NCBI GenBank assembly: GCA_963848295.1
Contig: CAWKDB010000010.1
Location: 256,001-320,000 of the forward strand
Source of the DNA: an uncultured delta proteobacterium
GTDB lineage: Bacteria > Myxococcota_A > Polyangia > Haliangiales > Haliangiaceae
Length of the DNA: 64,000 nt
Direction: 5' to 3'
Shown here piece by piece: positions 9,228 through 19,047 of this stretch. The position numbers and the translations under genes were made by a program. The notes under the pieces were generated by a model that saw only the letters and a list, made by a program, of their open reading frames with translations, searched no databases and was not told the origin of the DNA. The stretch's first letter is position 1, and the number at the start of each line of letters is the position of its first letter.

Positions 9228-10202
9228 CTACGGCTGATCACCCAAGCTGACGATACGCACCCCGAGCTCGCCGTCGACATCGACGAGCTCTCCGCGACCG
9301 AGCACCCGGCCGGCCGCGCGCAATTCGAATGGCCCGGCAAGCGGTTTGCCGAGCGTCACGACCTCGCCGATCGCGAGCTCGGCGAGCTGGCGCAGCGTCA
9401 GTCGGGTCGTGCCCACCGCGACGGTGAGCTCGGTCGTACCCGGATCGGTCCCCATCTCGATCCCAACATACCCGGTCGCGACGGCCGCAACCACCGCGCC
9501 GGCCTGGGCGCGCAGTCCAAACCGTCCATCGCCGACGACCAGCTCGAGGTTTCCCGCGGCGCGCTCCAGCGTGATGACATCGCGCACCGCGAGTTGCTCG
9601 AGCGCCGCGGTGGCGAGCGCGCACCGGCCCAGCACGATCGGCAGCTCGAACGCGACGGTCTCGGTCCACGCCGCCAGCGGCCGGGGCGGGGCGACGCGCA
9701 GCTCGAGGGCGCGCGGCAGCCCTACGAGCAGACTCGCCGGCTCGCCCGCGAGATCGAGCGCGACCTCGATCGCGTCCCCCGTGGCGAGCGCCGCAGGATC
9801 GGGCCAAACATCGCCGGCGATCCCGAGATCCTCGAGCGCGGCCGCGGCGACGAGCGCGGCGATCGCGTGCTCGGCGGGCGTCGACGGTCGGGCCGCGTCG
9901 AGCTCGTTCGGGCCGCCGAGCAGGCGCTGGGCGATCGCGCGAATCGCTCCGCCGCTGATCGCGACCGTGAAATCCTCGCCCGCGATCCGCAGCGCGCAGC
10001 GCGCGGCGTACGGATCGAACGAACCGGGGTCTCTGCCTGCGTGGATCGCGATGACCCGCACCGGGCCGCCGACCGCACGAGCGAGCACCGGGCCGCCCGG
10101 GCGGGCTTGCAGCCAGCGCGCGCACGCCGACAGCCTGGCGGCGTCGCGGCGACCGAGCTTCGGCACACGCTCGAACGGATAGGGTTGGATCGCTGGCGGC
10201 AT
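9228..10202 (-). CDS. FliM/FliN/SctQ (SpoA-domain) C-ring-like protein
   Basis: Two SpoA-like segments: ELPIVLGR..LEQLAVRDVITL and VAVGTTRLTLRQLAELAIGEVVTL..GRGELVDVDGELGVRI. Confidence 0.8.
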   Translation of the reverse strand: MPPAIQPYPFERVPKLGRRDAARLSACARWLQARPGGPVLARAVGGPVRVIAIHAGRDPGSFDPYAARCALRIAGEDFTVAISGGAIRAIAQRLLGGPNELDAARPSTPAEHAIAALVAAAALEDLGIAGDVWPDPAALATGDAIEVALDLAGEPASLLVGLPRALELRVAPPRPLAAWTETVAFELPIVLGRCALATAALEQLAVRDVITLERAAGNLELVVGDGRFGLRAQAGAVVAAVATGYVGIEMGTDPGTTELTVAVGTTRLTLRQLAELAIGEVVTLGKPLAGPFELRAAGRVLGRGELVDVDGELGVRIVSLGDQP

Positions 10203-10262
10203 CAAAAGTTTGGAGAGCACCCCTGCCCTGGTACGATTTTATCCTACATCGGACTACAAGAG

Positions 10263-10634
10263 GTGAATCCCGTGCAAGAGCGTCGCATCGGCTACCGGAT
10301 CCCATTCGAAACGATGGTCACCTCCTACGTCAACGACCGACCGATTCGGGCGCTGGCGTCGAACCTGTCGGACACCGGCATCAACATGTCATCGATCTCG
10401 ATGGTGGCGCCGCCGCCCGGGCTCGTTGTCGGGCTCGAGCTCGAGCTCCCCGATGAGGGCGAGTCGATCTGGGCCGCGGGCCGGATCTGCTACCGCAAAG
10501 ACGATCGCCTGGCCTCGGGCCTCGGCGTCCGGTTCATCGCGATGGCCAAGAGCCAAGCGCGGCTGGTCCGAGACTATTGCATCGAAACCCGGCGCAGGAA
10601 CCTCGGGTCGATGCTCGCGCGGATCCGCGCCTAG
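10263..10634 (+). CDS. Single-domain PilZ protein
   Basis: ERRIGYR (RxxxR), NLSDTG (D/NxSxxG), GLGVRF. Confidence 0.85.
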   Translation: MNPVQERRIGYRIPFETMVTSYVNDRPIRALASNLSDTGINMSSISMVAPPPGLVVGLELELPDEGESIWAAGRICYRKDDRLASGLGVRFIAMAKSQARLVRDYCIETRRRNLGSMLARIRA

Positions 10635-10672
10635 CACGGGCACGGCCCGATCCGCGCGCTACAATCGGCGGG

Positions 10673-13600
10673 ATGAGCCCTGAGGACGATCGATCGCTCG
10701 GCGGTCCGCCGCGCAGCAAGGATCGCCGACACCTCAGTCCGAAGGGCCCCCGCTTGCGGGGGAGCAAAGCTGTGCTCGCCGCGATCCTCCTCGGCGCGGC
10801 GGTCTCCGCGGTCCATGCCCAACCGGGTGACTGGGGCGTCCATCGCGACCCGTTCGATCCGAACGTCGTGGCGCGCTACAAGGCGATGCTCGCGCGCGAT
10901 CCGCATGATGCGTCGGCGCTCGCGAATCTGTTGAAGCTGTACCGCAGCTTCCGCACGGTCGATCTGCTCGAGCAGGAGTACGGCAAGCAGATCGCCAAGA
11001 AGGCCGACGACTGGGCCGCGCTCGTCGTGCTCGGACGGTTGTTTCACGCGACCGGCGACGAGGCGCGCGCGCTCGATCTGTGGACCCACGCGGTCGCGGT
11101 CAAGGACGGCGACTCGACGACCTGGGGCCTGATCGGCGAAGCCGACCGCGGCGCGGGCAAGACCGCCGAGGCGCGGGCCGCTTACGACAAGGCGCTCGCG
11201 CACGCGACGTCGAAAGATACGAAGAAGAAGGCGTTGCGCGCGCTCGCCGACCTCGCGCTCGCGACCGGCGACAACGACGCCGCGAACAACTACTTCAAGC
11301 AGTTCCTCGCGCTCGATCCGAACAACGCGCAGCTGTGGATCGAGCGCGGCGACGCGATGCTCACGGCCGGCAAGCGCGACATCGCGCTCGACAGCTATAG
11401 CGCCGCCGAAAAGCTGCTAGGCAGCGATCCTTCGCGCCGGATCGAGATCGTGTCACGCCGGGGCCAGGCGCTCGAGGCGATGGGCAAGGACGACGAGGCG
11501 GTCGCCGAATACCGCCGCGCGATCAAGCTCGCGCCGAAAGGCTACTACCTCGAGACCGAGCTGACCGGCCGGATCATCGACATCTATCGCCGCAAGCAGG
11601 CGCTCGGCCAGCTGCTCGCCGAATACGAGAAGACGTGGCCCGAGCGCAGCCGCGGCTACTTCGAGTGGGACGTGCTCGGCAAGCTCTACGAAGAGACCGG
11701 CGCGCAAGACAAGGCGATCGCCGCGCTCAAGCACGCGGTCAGCGCGTCGCCGACCGAGCTCGACACCCAGCGCCGGCTGATCGGCCTGCTCGAGAACTCG
11801 GGTCGCGACGACGAAGCGCTCGTCCAGTACGAGACGGTCGTGCGGATCGCGCCGGGCGAAGCGCGGTTCCAGCTCGAGCTCGCCGAGCGCTACCAGCGCC
11901 GGGGCGAAGAGAAGAAGGCGCTCGAGGTGCTGGCGCGGCTCGAGGCGCGGTTCCCCGAGACGACGAACGTGCTCGCCGCGATCGCGGATCTCTACACCAA
12001 GTGGAGCAAGGACGACCTCGCGCTCGGCTTGTACGAGCGACTCGCGAAGCTCGAGCCCGATGATCCGTCGCACCTGGTCACGCTCGGCGAGCAGTACTGG
12101 CAAAAGGGCGACCACGTCAAAGCGAACGCGACCTGGACGCGGATGACGCTGACGAAGAAAGCGACCGGCTTCGCGAAGCTCGGCGAAGTGCTCGGCGAGC
12201 ACGGCGAGACGACCGATGCGCTCGCGTCGTACGGCAGGGCGATCGAGCTCGATCCGAAGAACCCCGAGCTCTACAAAGGCCGAGCCGCGGTGCTCGAGTC
12301 GAGCTCCGGCCGGCGCTACGAAGACGCGCGTCGCGATTGGGCGAAGGTGCTCGAGCTGATCGGCAACAAGCCCACCGATCGCGCGGCGCGGCGCGATGCG
12401 CGCAAGCACTACGTCGCGCTGCTCCTGCGGCTGCCCGGCGCGGCGAGCACGCAACGCGACATGTGGACCAAGGACTTCGCCGACAAGTCCGACGTCGAGG
12501 CCGGGTATTTCCTCGTCGAGCTCTACACGCACGCGGCCCAAGGCCAGCAAAAGCTCGGCGAGCCGCAGCACACGCTCGAGAAGCTCGTCACGCTGGTGCC
12601 CGACGATCAGGACGCGATCATGGACCTCGTCAAGGTCTATCGCGGTGGCCACCAGTACAAGGAGGCGGTCGCCCTGTTGTTGAAGCTCGCAGCGCTGTCC
12701 CCGACCCGCGAGCGCGACGTCTACCAGACGATCTCCGAGATCATGACGGAGGCACGCCAGGACGAAGAGGCGATCAAGTGGCAACAGAAGGCGCTCGACA
12801 AGAACCCGAGTGACCCGGGCGCCCACGAGCGGCTCGGCGAGCGATATGCCGAGATGCAGCGGTTCCCAGAGGCGATCACCGCGTACGAGCAAGCGGTCAA
12901 GCTCGATGCCCACAACACCAAGGCCGCGTTCGCGCTGTCCGAGCTGTATATCCAGAACGACCAGCCGATGAAGGCCGCGGAGCTGCTCCGCAACGTGCTG
13001 CGCACCGCGACCTCCGAGGCCGACGTCGCGCGCGCCGGCAAGCTCGCGATCGATCTCGAAGAGAACACCGGCACGCTCGGCGAGCTCGAGAAGGTGATGT
13101 CGCCGCTGTCGTTCATGATGGCGCACAAGCCGATCTATCGCCACGTGCTGGTCGAGCTCTACGCGCGCTACGTCCCGGAGCTCGTCGGTCGCGTCCACCA
13201 CGGCAACGCCGAAGTGAAGAAGGCCGCGCGCGCCGAGCTCGATCGCGTGGGCTCGCACGGCTTGCAGCCGCTGCTCGAAGCGCTGCGCGATGACAAAGAC
13301 AAAGACCAACAGAAGATCGCGGTCGACGTGCTCGGTCACCTCCACAACAAGGGGGCGGCGGAGGCGCTCGTCCACATGGCGCGGCAAGAGCCGCCGAAGG
13401 ACAACCGCCACTACGGAACGCTGACCGACAGCCCCGATCGCGAAGCGAGGATCGAAGCGCTGGTCGGCGCGGGTCGACTCGGTGACGCGAGCGTGGTCGC
13501 CGATGTCTTGCCGCTGATCGATCACCAAGAAGCGGCGATGCGCGAAGCCGCGATGTTCACGCTCGGCCGCTCCGGCGATCGCCGCGCGGTCGCGCCGCTC

Positions 13601-14749
13601 GTGCACGCGCTCGGCGACGCTCAGCCCGCGGTCCAGGCGCTCGCCTGCCTCGGGCTCGGTCAGATCGACGACCCGCGGGTCGCGCCCACGCTGATCGAGG
13701 TCGTCAAGGACAACGCGCACGGCGACCGCGTGCGCGCCGCGTGTGCGTTCGCGATCGGCAATCGCAAGCTGACCTCCGGGGTGCCGGTGCTCCTCGAAGC
13801 GCTCGCCGACAATCGCAGCGAGACCCAGCGGCTCGCCGCGTGGTCGCTCGGCCAACTCGGCGACTCCAAGGCGCTCGGTCCGCTGATCCGCGCGTATTTC
13901 TCCCGCGCCGGCAGCGCCGGTGACGAGCTCGAGTGGGCGATCGGTCGCGCGAGCGGGATCGGCACGCCGTCGGCACCAGGCGATGCGCTGGCCGAATATC
14001 CGATGCACCCGTCGGGCTACGCCGACGATCAGGCGATCGCGCTGCTCCCCGGAGTGCTGCCGCACCCGCAGCTGTCGGCGAAGCTGGTCAGCGAACATGT
14101 CGCGGACATCGGCGCCGGACTGACCCAGGCGCTCGCGTTGCATCGCGATGTCGTGGTGTCGGTGCTCGCCGATCTCGATTCCGCGCGCGACCACATCGCG
14201 CTCGGTGCGCTGACCCCGCCCGACGGCGATCCCAAGCTCGCCGCGGCGTTGTCCGCGATCGGCGACGCGATCGACACGCCGGTCTCCGCGCAGCTCGCCG
14301 CCGATGATCCGCGCGTCCGCGCGCTCGCGATCAGCGTCTATGCCAAGCTCGACACCGGCAAGCCGCGCACCGTCGCGGCGCTGCACAAGGCGCTCGGCGA
14401 TCGCGACGACCAAGTGCGGCTCGCCGCGATCGCGGCGGTCGAGATCGTCGCGAAGCGCCGAGGCGCCACGCCGCCCGAGCTCGTGGCCGGCCTGATCTCG
14501 ACGCTGCAGACCGGCTCGTGGATCGACGGCTCGGCGGCGGCGCGCACGCTCGGTCGACTCCACGCCGGGCAGGACGCGTTGATCAAGGCCGCCGGCGACC
14601 CGAAGGCGTTCGTGCGCGATGCGGTCGCCGGTGCGCTCGGCGACCTCGGCGGCACGGCGTCGGTCACGGCGCTCCGAGCCCTGATGAAGGACGGCAACGC
14701 GCAGGTTCGGGCCTCGGCGGAGCAGTCGCTCGGCCGGCTCAAGCACTGA
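10673..14749 (+). CDS. Large secreted TPR-repeat plus HEAT-repeat protein
   Basis: Hydrophobic signal (AILLGAAVSAVHA), many TPR motifs, C-terminal PBS-lyase HEAT repeats (LG..GD.RAV.PL..AL.D). Confidence 0.85.
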   Translation: MSPEDDRSLGGPPRSKDRRHLSPKGPRLRGSKAVLAAILLGAAVSAVHAQPGDWGVHRDPFDPNVVARYKAMLARDPHDASALANLLKLYRSFRTVDLLEQEYGKQIAKKADDWAALVVLGRLFHATGDEARALDLWTHAVAVKDGDSTTWGLIGEADRGAGKTAEARAAYDKALAHATSKDTKKKALRALADLALATGDNDAANNYFKQFLALDPNNAQLWIERGDAMLTAGKRDIALDSYSAAEKLLGSDPSRRIEIVSRRGQALEAMGKDDEAVAEYRRAIKLAPKGYYLETELTGRIIDIYRRKQALGQLLAEYEKTWPERSRGYFEWDVLGKLYEETGAQDKAIAALKHAVSASPTELDTQRRLIGLLENSGRDDEALVQYETVVRIAPGEARFQLELAERYQRRGEEKKALEVLARLEARFPETTNVLAAIADLYTKWSKDDLALGLYERLAKLEPDDPSHLVTLGEQYWQKGDHVKANATWTRMTLTKKATGFAKLGEVLGEHGETTDALASYGRAIELDPKNPELYKGRAAVLESSSGRRYEDARRDWAKVLELIGNKPTDRAARRDARKHYVALLLRLPGAASTQRDMWTKDFADKSDVEAGYFLVELYTHAAQGQQKLGEPQHTLEKLVTLVPDDQDAIMDLVKVYRGGHQYKEAVALLLKLAALSPTRERDVYQTISEIMTEARQDEEAIKWQQKALDKNPSDPGAHERLGERYAEMQRFPEAITAYEQAVKLDAHNTKAAFALSELYIQNDQPMKAAELLRNVLRTATSEADVARAGKLAIDLEENTGTLGELEKVMSPLSFMMAHKPIYRHVLVELYARYVPELVGRVHHGNAEVKKAARAELDRVGSHGLQPLLEALRDDKDKDQQKIAVDVLGHLHNKGAAEALVHMARQEPPKDNRHYGTLTDSPDREARIEALVGAGRLGDASVVADVLPLIDHQEAAMREAAMFTLGRSGDRRAVAPLVHALGDAQPAVQALACLGLGQIDDPRVAPTLIEVVKDNAHGDRVRAACAFAIGNRKLTSGVPVLLEALADNRSETQRLAAWSLGQLGDSKALGPLIRAYFSRAGSAGDELEWAIGRASGIGTPSAPGDALAEYPMHPSGYADDQAIALLPGVLPHPQLSAKLVSEHVADIGAGLTQALALHRDVVVSVLADLDSARDHIALGALTPPDGDPKLAAALSAIGDAIDTPVSAQLAADDPRVRALAISVYAKLDTGKPRTVAALHKALGDRDDQVRLAAIAAVEIVAKRRGATPPELVAGLISTLQTGSWIDGSAAARTLGRLHAGQDALIKAAGDPKAFVRDAVAGALGDLGGTASVTALRALMKDGNAQVRASAEQSLGRLKH

Positions 14750-14750
14750 C

Positions 14751-14793
14751 ATCCAAGATCAGAAATCCGAGGTCAGAGAAACAGGGATCCGAG
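14751..14793 (+). repeat. Degenerate heptamer tandem repeat
   Basis: ATCCAAG ATCAGAA ATCCGAG GTCAGAG AAACAGGG ATCCGAG. Confidence 0.5.
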
Positions 14794-14867
14794 ACGTTTC
14801 CCAGAACCTGACGATCAGAAACGCCCTAGCCGACCGGTCCAACCCGATCGACAGGTGTCCCCGTTCT

Positions 14868-14897
14868 TTGACGCACCGATCCGCAAAGGGGTAGAAT
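14868..14897 (+). promoter_or_regulatory. Sigma-70-like promoter of the FHA operon
   Basis: TTGACG-18 nt-TAGAAT, 8 nt before ATG at 14906. Confidence 0.6.
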
Positions 14898-14905
14898 CAC
14901 ACGCG

Positions 14906-15883
14906 ATGGATGTCGGCTTGGTGTGCGACGCGTGCAGCGCGTTGACTCCCATCGGAGTACCGCAATGCGCGCGCTGTGGCGCCGCGGTCGCACTGGATCC
15001 GCGCAACAAGCGCGCGAGCAAACCCGCGCCGATCAACGGCACCAACAACTGCCCGCGCTGCAGCATCGTCGTGCGCGCCGGTCAGAAGTTCTGCCCGAAC
15101 TGCGGCGAAAAGATGCCCGGCGCCGCTGGAGTCGCCGACCCCACCCCGGTGTCGTTCGATGTCGAGACTCGCGTCGGTCCGCGCGCGCAGGGACCGCAAG
15201 CCAAGCCCGGTCGCAATACCCTGTTCTTCGGCGGCGCCCTGCAGGCCGCGCGCGCGAAGCTGACGCTGATCCGCGGCGACGGCGAGGACGGCGTGTCGTT
15301 CACGCTCGCCGGTACCGATCACCTCGCCGGGCGCGGCGAGTGCCCGATCTCGTTTCCAGACGATCCGTTCTTGTCGCCGACCCACGCGAACTTTCGCTAC
15401 TTCAACAACCAGCTGATCGTGCGCGACGAAGGCTCGCTCAACGGCATCTTCGTGCGGATCGCAGAGCCGATGAGAATTCCATCTGGCACCACGATCCTCG
15501 TCGGTGAACAGGTGCTCACGGTCAACGCCGCGCGCGTCGCGGAAGACATCCCGGACGCCGAAGGCACGTACTTCTCGGCGAGCATGATCCGACCCTCGCG
15601 GTTCAAGATCGTGCAGCACCTGCGCGGCGGCGTGACCGGTTGGGTGTTCACGCCCGACGGCGAGACCGTGACGATCGGCCGCGAGGGCAACGACATCAAC
15701 TTTCCCGACGACCCGTTCATCTCCGGTCGCCACTCGGCGCTCCAGCTGGCCGCTGGCGTGCTAAGCGTAAGCGACATGGGGTCACGCAACGGCACGTTCG
15801 TCCGGGTCGCGGGCGAGCACACACTCAAGCACGGGGACTACGTGTTTATGGGTCAACAGCTACTTCGCGTCGAAATCGTCTGA
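14906..15883 (+). CDS. Double zinc-ribbon plus two FHA domains protein
   Basis: CDAC/CARC/CPRC/CPNC; FHA motifs GR..LSPTHA..SLNG and IGR..ISGRHS..GSRNGTF. Confidence 0.85.
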   Translation: MDVGLVCDACSALTPIGVPQCARCGAAVALDPRNKRASKPAPINGTNNCPRCSIVVRAGQKFCPNCGEKMPGAAGVADPTPVSFDVETRVGPRAQGPQAKPGRNTLFFGGALQAARAKLTLIRGDGEDGVSFTLAGTDHLAGRGECPISFPDDPFLSPTHANFRYFNNQLIVRDEGSLNGIFVRIAEPMRIPSGTTILVGEQVLTVNAARVAEDIPDAEGTYFSASMIRPSRFKIVQHLRGGVTGWVFTPDGETVTIGREGNDINFPDDPFISGRHSALQLAAGVLSVSDMGSRNGTFVRVAGEHTLKHGDYVFMGQQLLRVEIV

Positions 15884-15897
15884 GCTCGGGGGCTACC

Positions 15898-17058
15898 ATG
15901 ACCGTCTGCAATCGTTGCGGTAAAGAAAACCAAGACCACTACAAGTTCTGCCTCGGTTGCGGAGCAGAGCTCGTCGCGCCCAAGCCCGGTGGCGATGTCG
16001 CGATGATGAAGACGATGATGGCCGACCCCGGTCAGCAAGCGATGGTCGGCGCGCCGCTGCGCGGTCCGAGCGCCCAGATGCCGCAACCCGGCCCGATGCC
16101 GATGCCGATGCGCAACCCGAACGCGATGCCCGGGATGCCGCCCGCTGGCCCGCTCGGCGGTCCGGGGCCTGGTCCGCAACAGCCCGCGCCGATGGGCCCG
16201 CCGCCCGGTGTCCCCGGGTTTTCTCCCGGCTTCGCGCCGCCGCAGACCGCGGTCCCGGGCCTCCGTCGTTGCCCGTCGTGCGGTAGCGATGTCCCACCGA
16301 CCTTCCGGTTCTGCGGCACGTGCGGGTTCCGCATGGACGAGACCCAGCCGAACGCCGCCCCGATGCCGGGGATGGGGATGGGCCAGCCGGCGCCCGCGAT
16401 AGGTCCCGGCATGGCGCCGCAGGCCCAGCGCTCGCGGCTATCGATGACGCTGATCCGTCCCGACGGGACCGAGGGTGGCACGCATGACCTTCGCCCCGGC
16501 GAGAACAAGCTCGGCCGCAGCTTCGGCCCGGTGTTCGAGAACGACGGCTACCTGTCGCCGGTCCACGCGATGCTCGACATCCGCGGCACGACCGGGACCG
16601 TGCGCGATCTCGACAGCTTGAACGGCGTCTTCGTCAAGATGACCGGCGAAGAGGAGCTACAGTCCGGGCAGATCATCCGGATCGGCCAGGAGCTCCTGCG
16701 CTACGAGATCATCCCGACGCCCGAGCCGACCCCGGACGGCACGGAGCTGATGGGCAGCCCGAACCCGGGCTACTGGGGCAAGCTCACGGTGATCATCGGC
16801 CGCGAGGTCACCGGCTCGGCCCACGCGCTCCTCGGCGAGAGCGTCACGCTCGGTCGCGAGCGCGGCGAGATCAACTTCCCCGACGACGGCTACGTGTCCG
16901 GTCTGCACGCGCGGGTCACGATGCGCGACGGCCGGGTGTACCTGTCGGATCTCGGCAGCTCGAACGGCACGTTCGTCAAGGTCAACGGCGAGCGCGCGAT
17001 CGGCCACGAGTCGTTCGTGCTCCTCGGACAGCAGCTGTTCCGGCTCAATCTGGCTTAG
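15898..17058 (+). CDS. Zinc-ribbon, Pro/Met-rich linker and two FHA domains protein
   Basis: CNRC/CLGC, CPSC/CGTC; LGR..LSPVHA..SLNG and LGR..VSGLHA..GSSNGTF. Confidence 0.85.
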   Translation: MTVCNRCGKENQDHYKFCLGCGAELVAPKPGGDVAMMKTMMADPGQQAMVGAPLRGPSAQMPQPGPMPMPMRNPNAMPGMPPAGPLGGPGPGPQQPAPMGPPPGVPGFSPGFAPPQTAVPGLRRCPSCGSDVPPTFRFCGTCGFRMDETQPNAAPMPGMGMGQPAPAIGPGMAPQAQRSRLSMTLIRPDGTEGGTHDLRPGENKLGRSFGPVFENDGYLSPVHAMLDIRGTTGTVRDLDSLNGVFVKMTGEEELQSGQIIRIGQELLRYEIIPTPEPTPDGTELMGSPNPGYWGKLTVIIGREVTGSAHALLGESVTLGRERGEINFPDDGYVSGLHARVTMRDGRVYLSDLGSSNGTFVKVNGERAIGHESFVLLGQQLFRLNLA

Positions 17059-17095
17059 GCTGGCGTAACTCGCCGAGTTTCGGTACGTTTACCCC

Positions 17096-17518
17096 ATGCG
17101 TAGGCGTCTCCCCGTTGGACTTCATCTTCTGGCGCTCTCCGCGTTGGCGGTAGCGCTTGCCGCGTGCGGCAGCGGAGACAACAAGCTCAAGGTTACCGGC
17201 CTCGACCCCGAGAAGGGTGACGTGGACGGCGGCACGTATGTGCGCATCCATGGCAATGGCTTCCTCGCGAATGGCGGTCGTGGAGCGAAGGTCTACTTTG
17301 GCTCGCACCAGGGCTCGGTGATCCGGTTCGAGAGCGACAGCGAGCTGATCGTCGAGGCGCCGGGCGGCAAGCTCGGCGACACGGTCGACGTGCTCGTCAT
17401 CTTCGAGCCGGGCGGCGAGCTCAAGATCCCGCACGCCTACACGTTCATCGAGAAGCACGAGCAGGGCCCGTCGATCCAGGACCTGAATACCAGCGGCTCG
17501 GCAGCTCCGAAGAAGTAG
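17096..17518 (+). CDS. IPT/TIG domain lipoprotein
   Basis: Lipobox LAAC; VTGLDPEKG...GGTYVRIHGNGF...VYFG. Confidence 0.8.
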   Translation: MRRRLPVGLHLLALSALAVALAACGSGDNKLKVTGLDPEKGDVDGGTYVRIHGNGFLANGGRGAKVYFGSHQGSVIRFESDSELIVEAPGGKLGDTVDVLVIFEPGGELKIPHAYTFIEKHEQGPSIQDLNTSGSAAPKK

Positions 17519-17524
17519 CCCCGA

Positions 17525-17631
17525 ACAACGAGGGGCCCCCGGAACGGGGCCCCGAGTTGAATTGATCGATCGGCCGTCCGGCGAAGCAAGGATGGCCGAG
17601 TCCTCACAACGAGGGGCCACCGGAACGGGGC
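17525..17631. repeat. REP/BIME-like doublet: 26-bp direct repeats around a central hairpin
   Basis: ACAACGAGGGGCC(C/A)CCGGAACGGGGC at 17525-17550 and 17606-17631; central CGGCCGTCC..GGATGGCCG stem; lies between convergent genes. Confidence 0.7.
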
Positions 17632-17637
17632 AGGCCG

Positions 17638-19047
17638 CTACATCAGGTCGCGGCGGGCCAGCGCGCGGCGCATCTTCGCCAGTGCCTGCTCCTGGAGCTG
17701 GCGAATCCGCTCGCGCGACAGGTGATACTTGTCGCCGATCTCTTTGAGCGTGAGCTCCTGAGTTTCTCCCGCTCGCCGACCTCCGTCGGCTTCGCTGCGC
17801 TCGGGCCCGAGGCCGAAGCGCTGGCGCAGGATGTCGGCTTCGATCGGGCGAAGCTCGGCGAGCAGCTCGCGGACCTCGGTCGTCAGCGCTTCCCACTCGA
17901 GCTCGCCGGTGGGCGAGACCTCTTCCCGGTCCGGATCTTCGAGGACCTCACCGAGCACGCGGCCCTCGTCGTCGCCGACCGGCTTGTCGATCGAGACGCT
18001 CTGCTCGAGCAGCCAGCTGCGCATCTTCTCGATCTTGTCGAGCGGCATGCCGGTCTCGTGCGCGATCTCCTCGCTCGTCGGCTGGCGGCCGAGCTTGCCG
18101 GTGAGCGCGCGCCGCGCCTTGGTCAGCTTGTGCTGTGCGTCGATCATGTGGACCGGCAGGCGAACCTCGCGACCCTTGTCGGCAAGCGCGCGGCTGATCG
18201 CGTGGCGGATCCACCAGCTCGCGTAGGTCGAGAATCGGAAGCCCTTGCGATAGTCGTAGCGCTCGACCGCCTTCAACAGGCCGAGGTTGCCCTCTTGGAT
18301 CAAGTCGGCGAGCGCCATCCGGCCGTGGTTGAACCTGCGCGCGATGCTGACGACGAGCCGGAGATTCGCCTTGACGAAGTCGTTGCGTGCCGCGGCCGCC
18401 GCGCGCGTTGCCATCTCGACCCGGCGCAGCCACTCGGCCCGCTTCGTGCCGCGACCGAGCGCGGGCAACTCGCTACCGCGTACGCCGATGCCGAGCGTCA
18501 TGCGATCGATCGCGCCGAGCGCGGCGTCGATGAACAGGTGGTCCACGTCGGTCGCGCGCAGGCGACGCGCCGCACGAGCGGTCAGGCGGGTAAGCGCCTT
18601 GGCGTCGCGACCGAGCGCGATCCGGCGCAGCGCACGCGCGTCGCTCACGCTCGGCGATTGCGCGTAGTCGGGCACGCCCTCGACCGCATCGAGCACCGTG
18701 GCGATCGCGGGCGGATGCGCGAGCACGGCTTCCCATAGCATGATCTCCAAGACTTCGATCTCGCGCGCCGAGGTGAACTCCTCCTCGGGACGCAACACGT
18801 CGAGCTGCGCCATGTCGCGGAAGTACATCGACAGATAGGTGCCCTGTTCGCCCCGGCTACGCGCTTTCGCTTGGGCCTCCGGACGCTCCGGCTCGTCGCG
18901 ATCGTCGGCCTCGGCGTCGGGCTCGCGTTCCGCGGTCGGCTCGTCGGGGCGCCGCTTGCGCTGCACCGCCTTGGCGGACACGCGCGCGACGCGATTCTTA
19001 CGACTGACGGCGCGGTCCGGGGCGAGCTTGCGGGCGGTGACGGGCAT
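17638..19047 (-). CDS. RpoD/SigA-family sigma-70 factor (alternative, group 2-like)
   Basis: ANLRLVVSIA, DLIQEGNLGLLKAVERYD..GFRFSTYASWWIR, TLKEIG..LSRERIRQ; no region 1.1 evident. Confidence 0.92.
   Translation of the reverse strand: MPVTARKLAPDRAVSRKNRVARVSAKAVQRKRRPDEPTAEREPDAEADDRDEPERPEAQAKARSRGEQGTYLSMYFRDMAQLDVLRPEEEFTSAREIEVLEIMLWEAVLAHPPAIATVLDAVEGVPDYAQSPSVSDARALRRIALGRDAKALTRLTARAARRLRATDVDHLFIDAALGAIDRMTLGIGVRGSELPALGRGTKRAEWLRRVEMATRAAAAARNDFVKANLRLVVSIARRFNHGRMALADLIQEGNLGLLKAVERYDYRKGFRFSTYASWWIRHAISRALADKGREVRLPVHMIDAQHKLTKARRALTGKLGRQPTSEEIAHETGMPLDKIEKMRSWLLEQSVSIDKPVGDDEGRVLGEVLEDPDREEVSPTGELEWEALTTEVRELLAELRPIEADILRQRFGLGPERSEADGGRRAGETQELTLKEIGDKYHLSRERIRQLQEQALAKMRRALARRDLM

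Noticed and set aside
11453..14752. Long antisense and alternative-frame ORFs (also 22785-24710, 35768-38395, 52910-55132)
   Set aside because: Shadow ORFs typical of high-GC codon bias, Arg-rich and without motifs, opposite well-supported genes.
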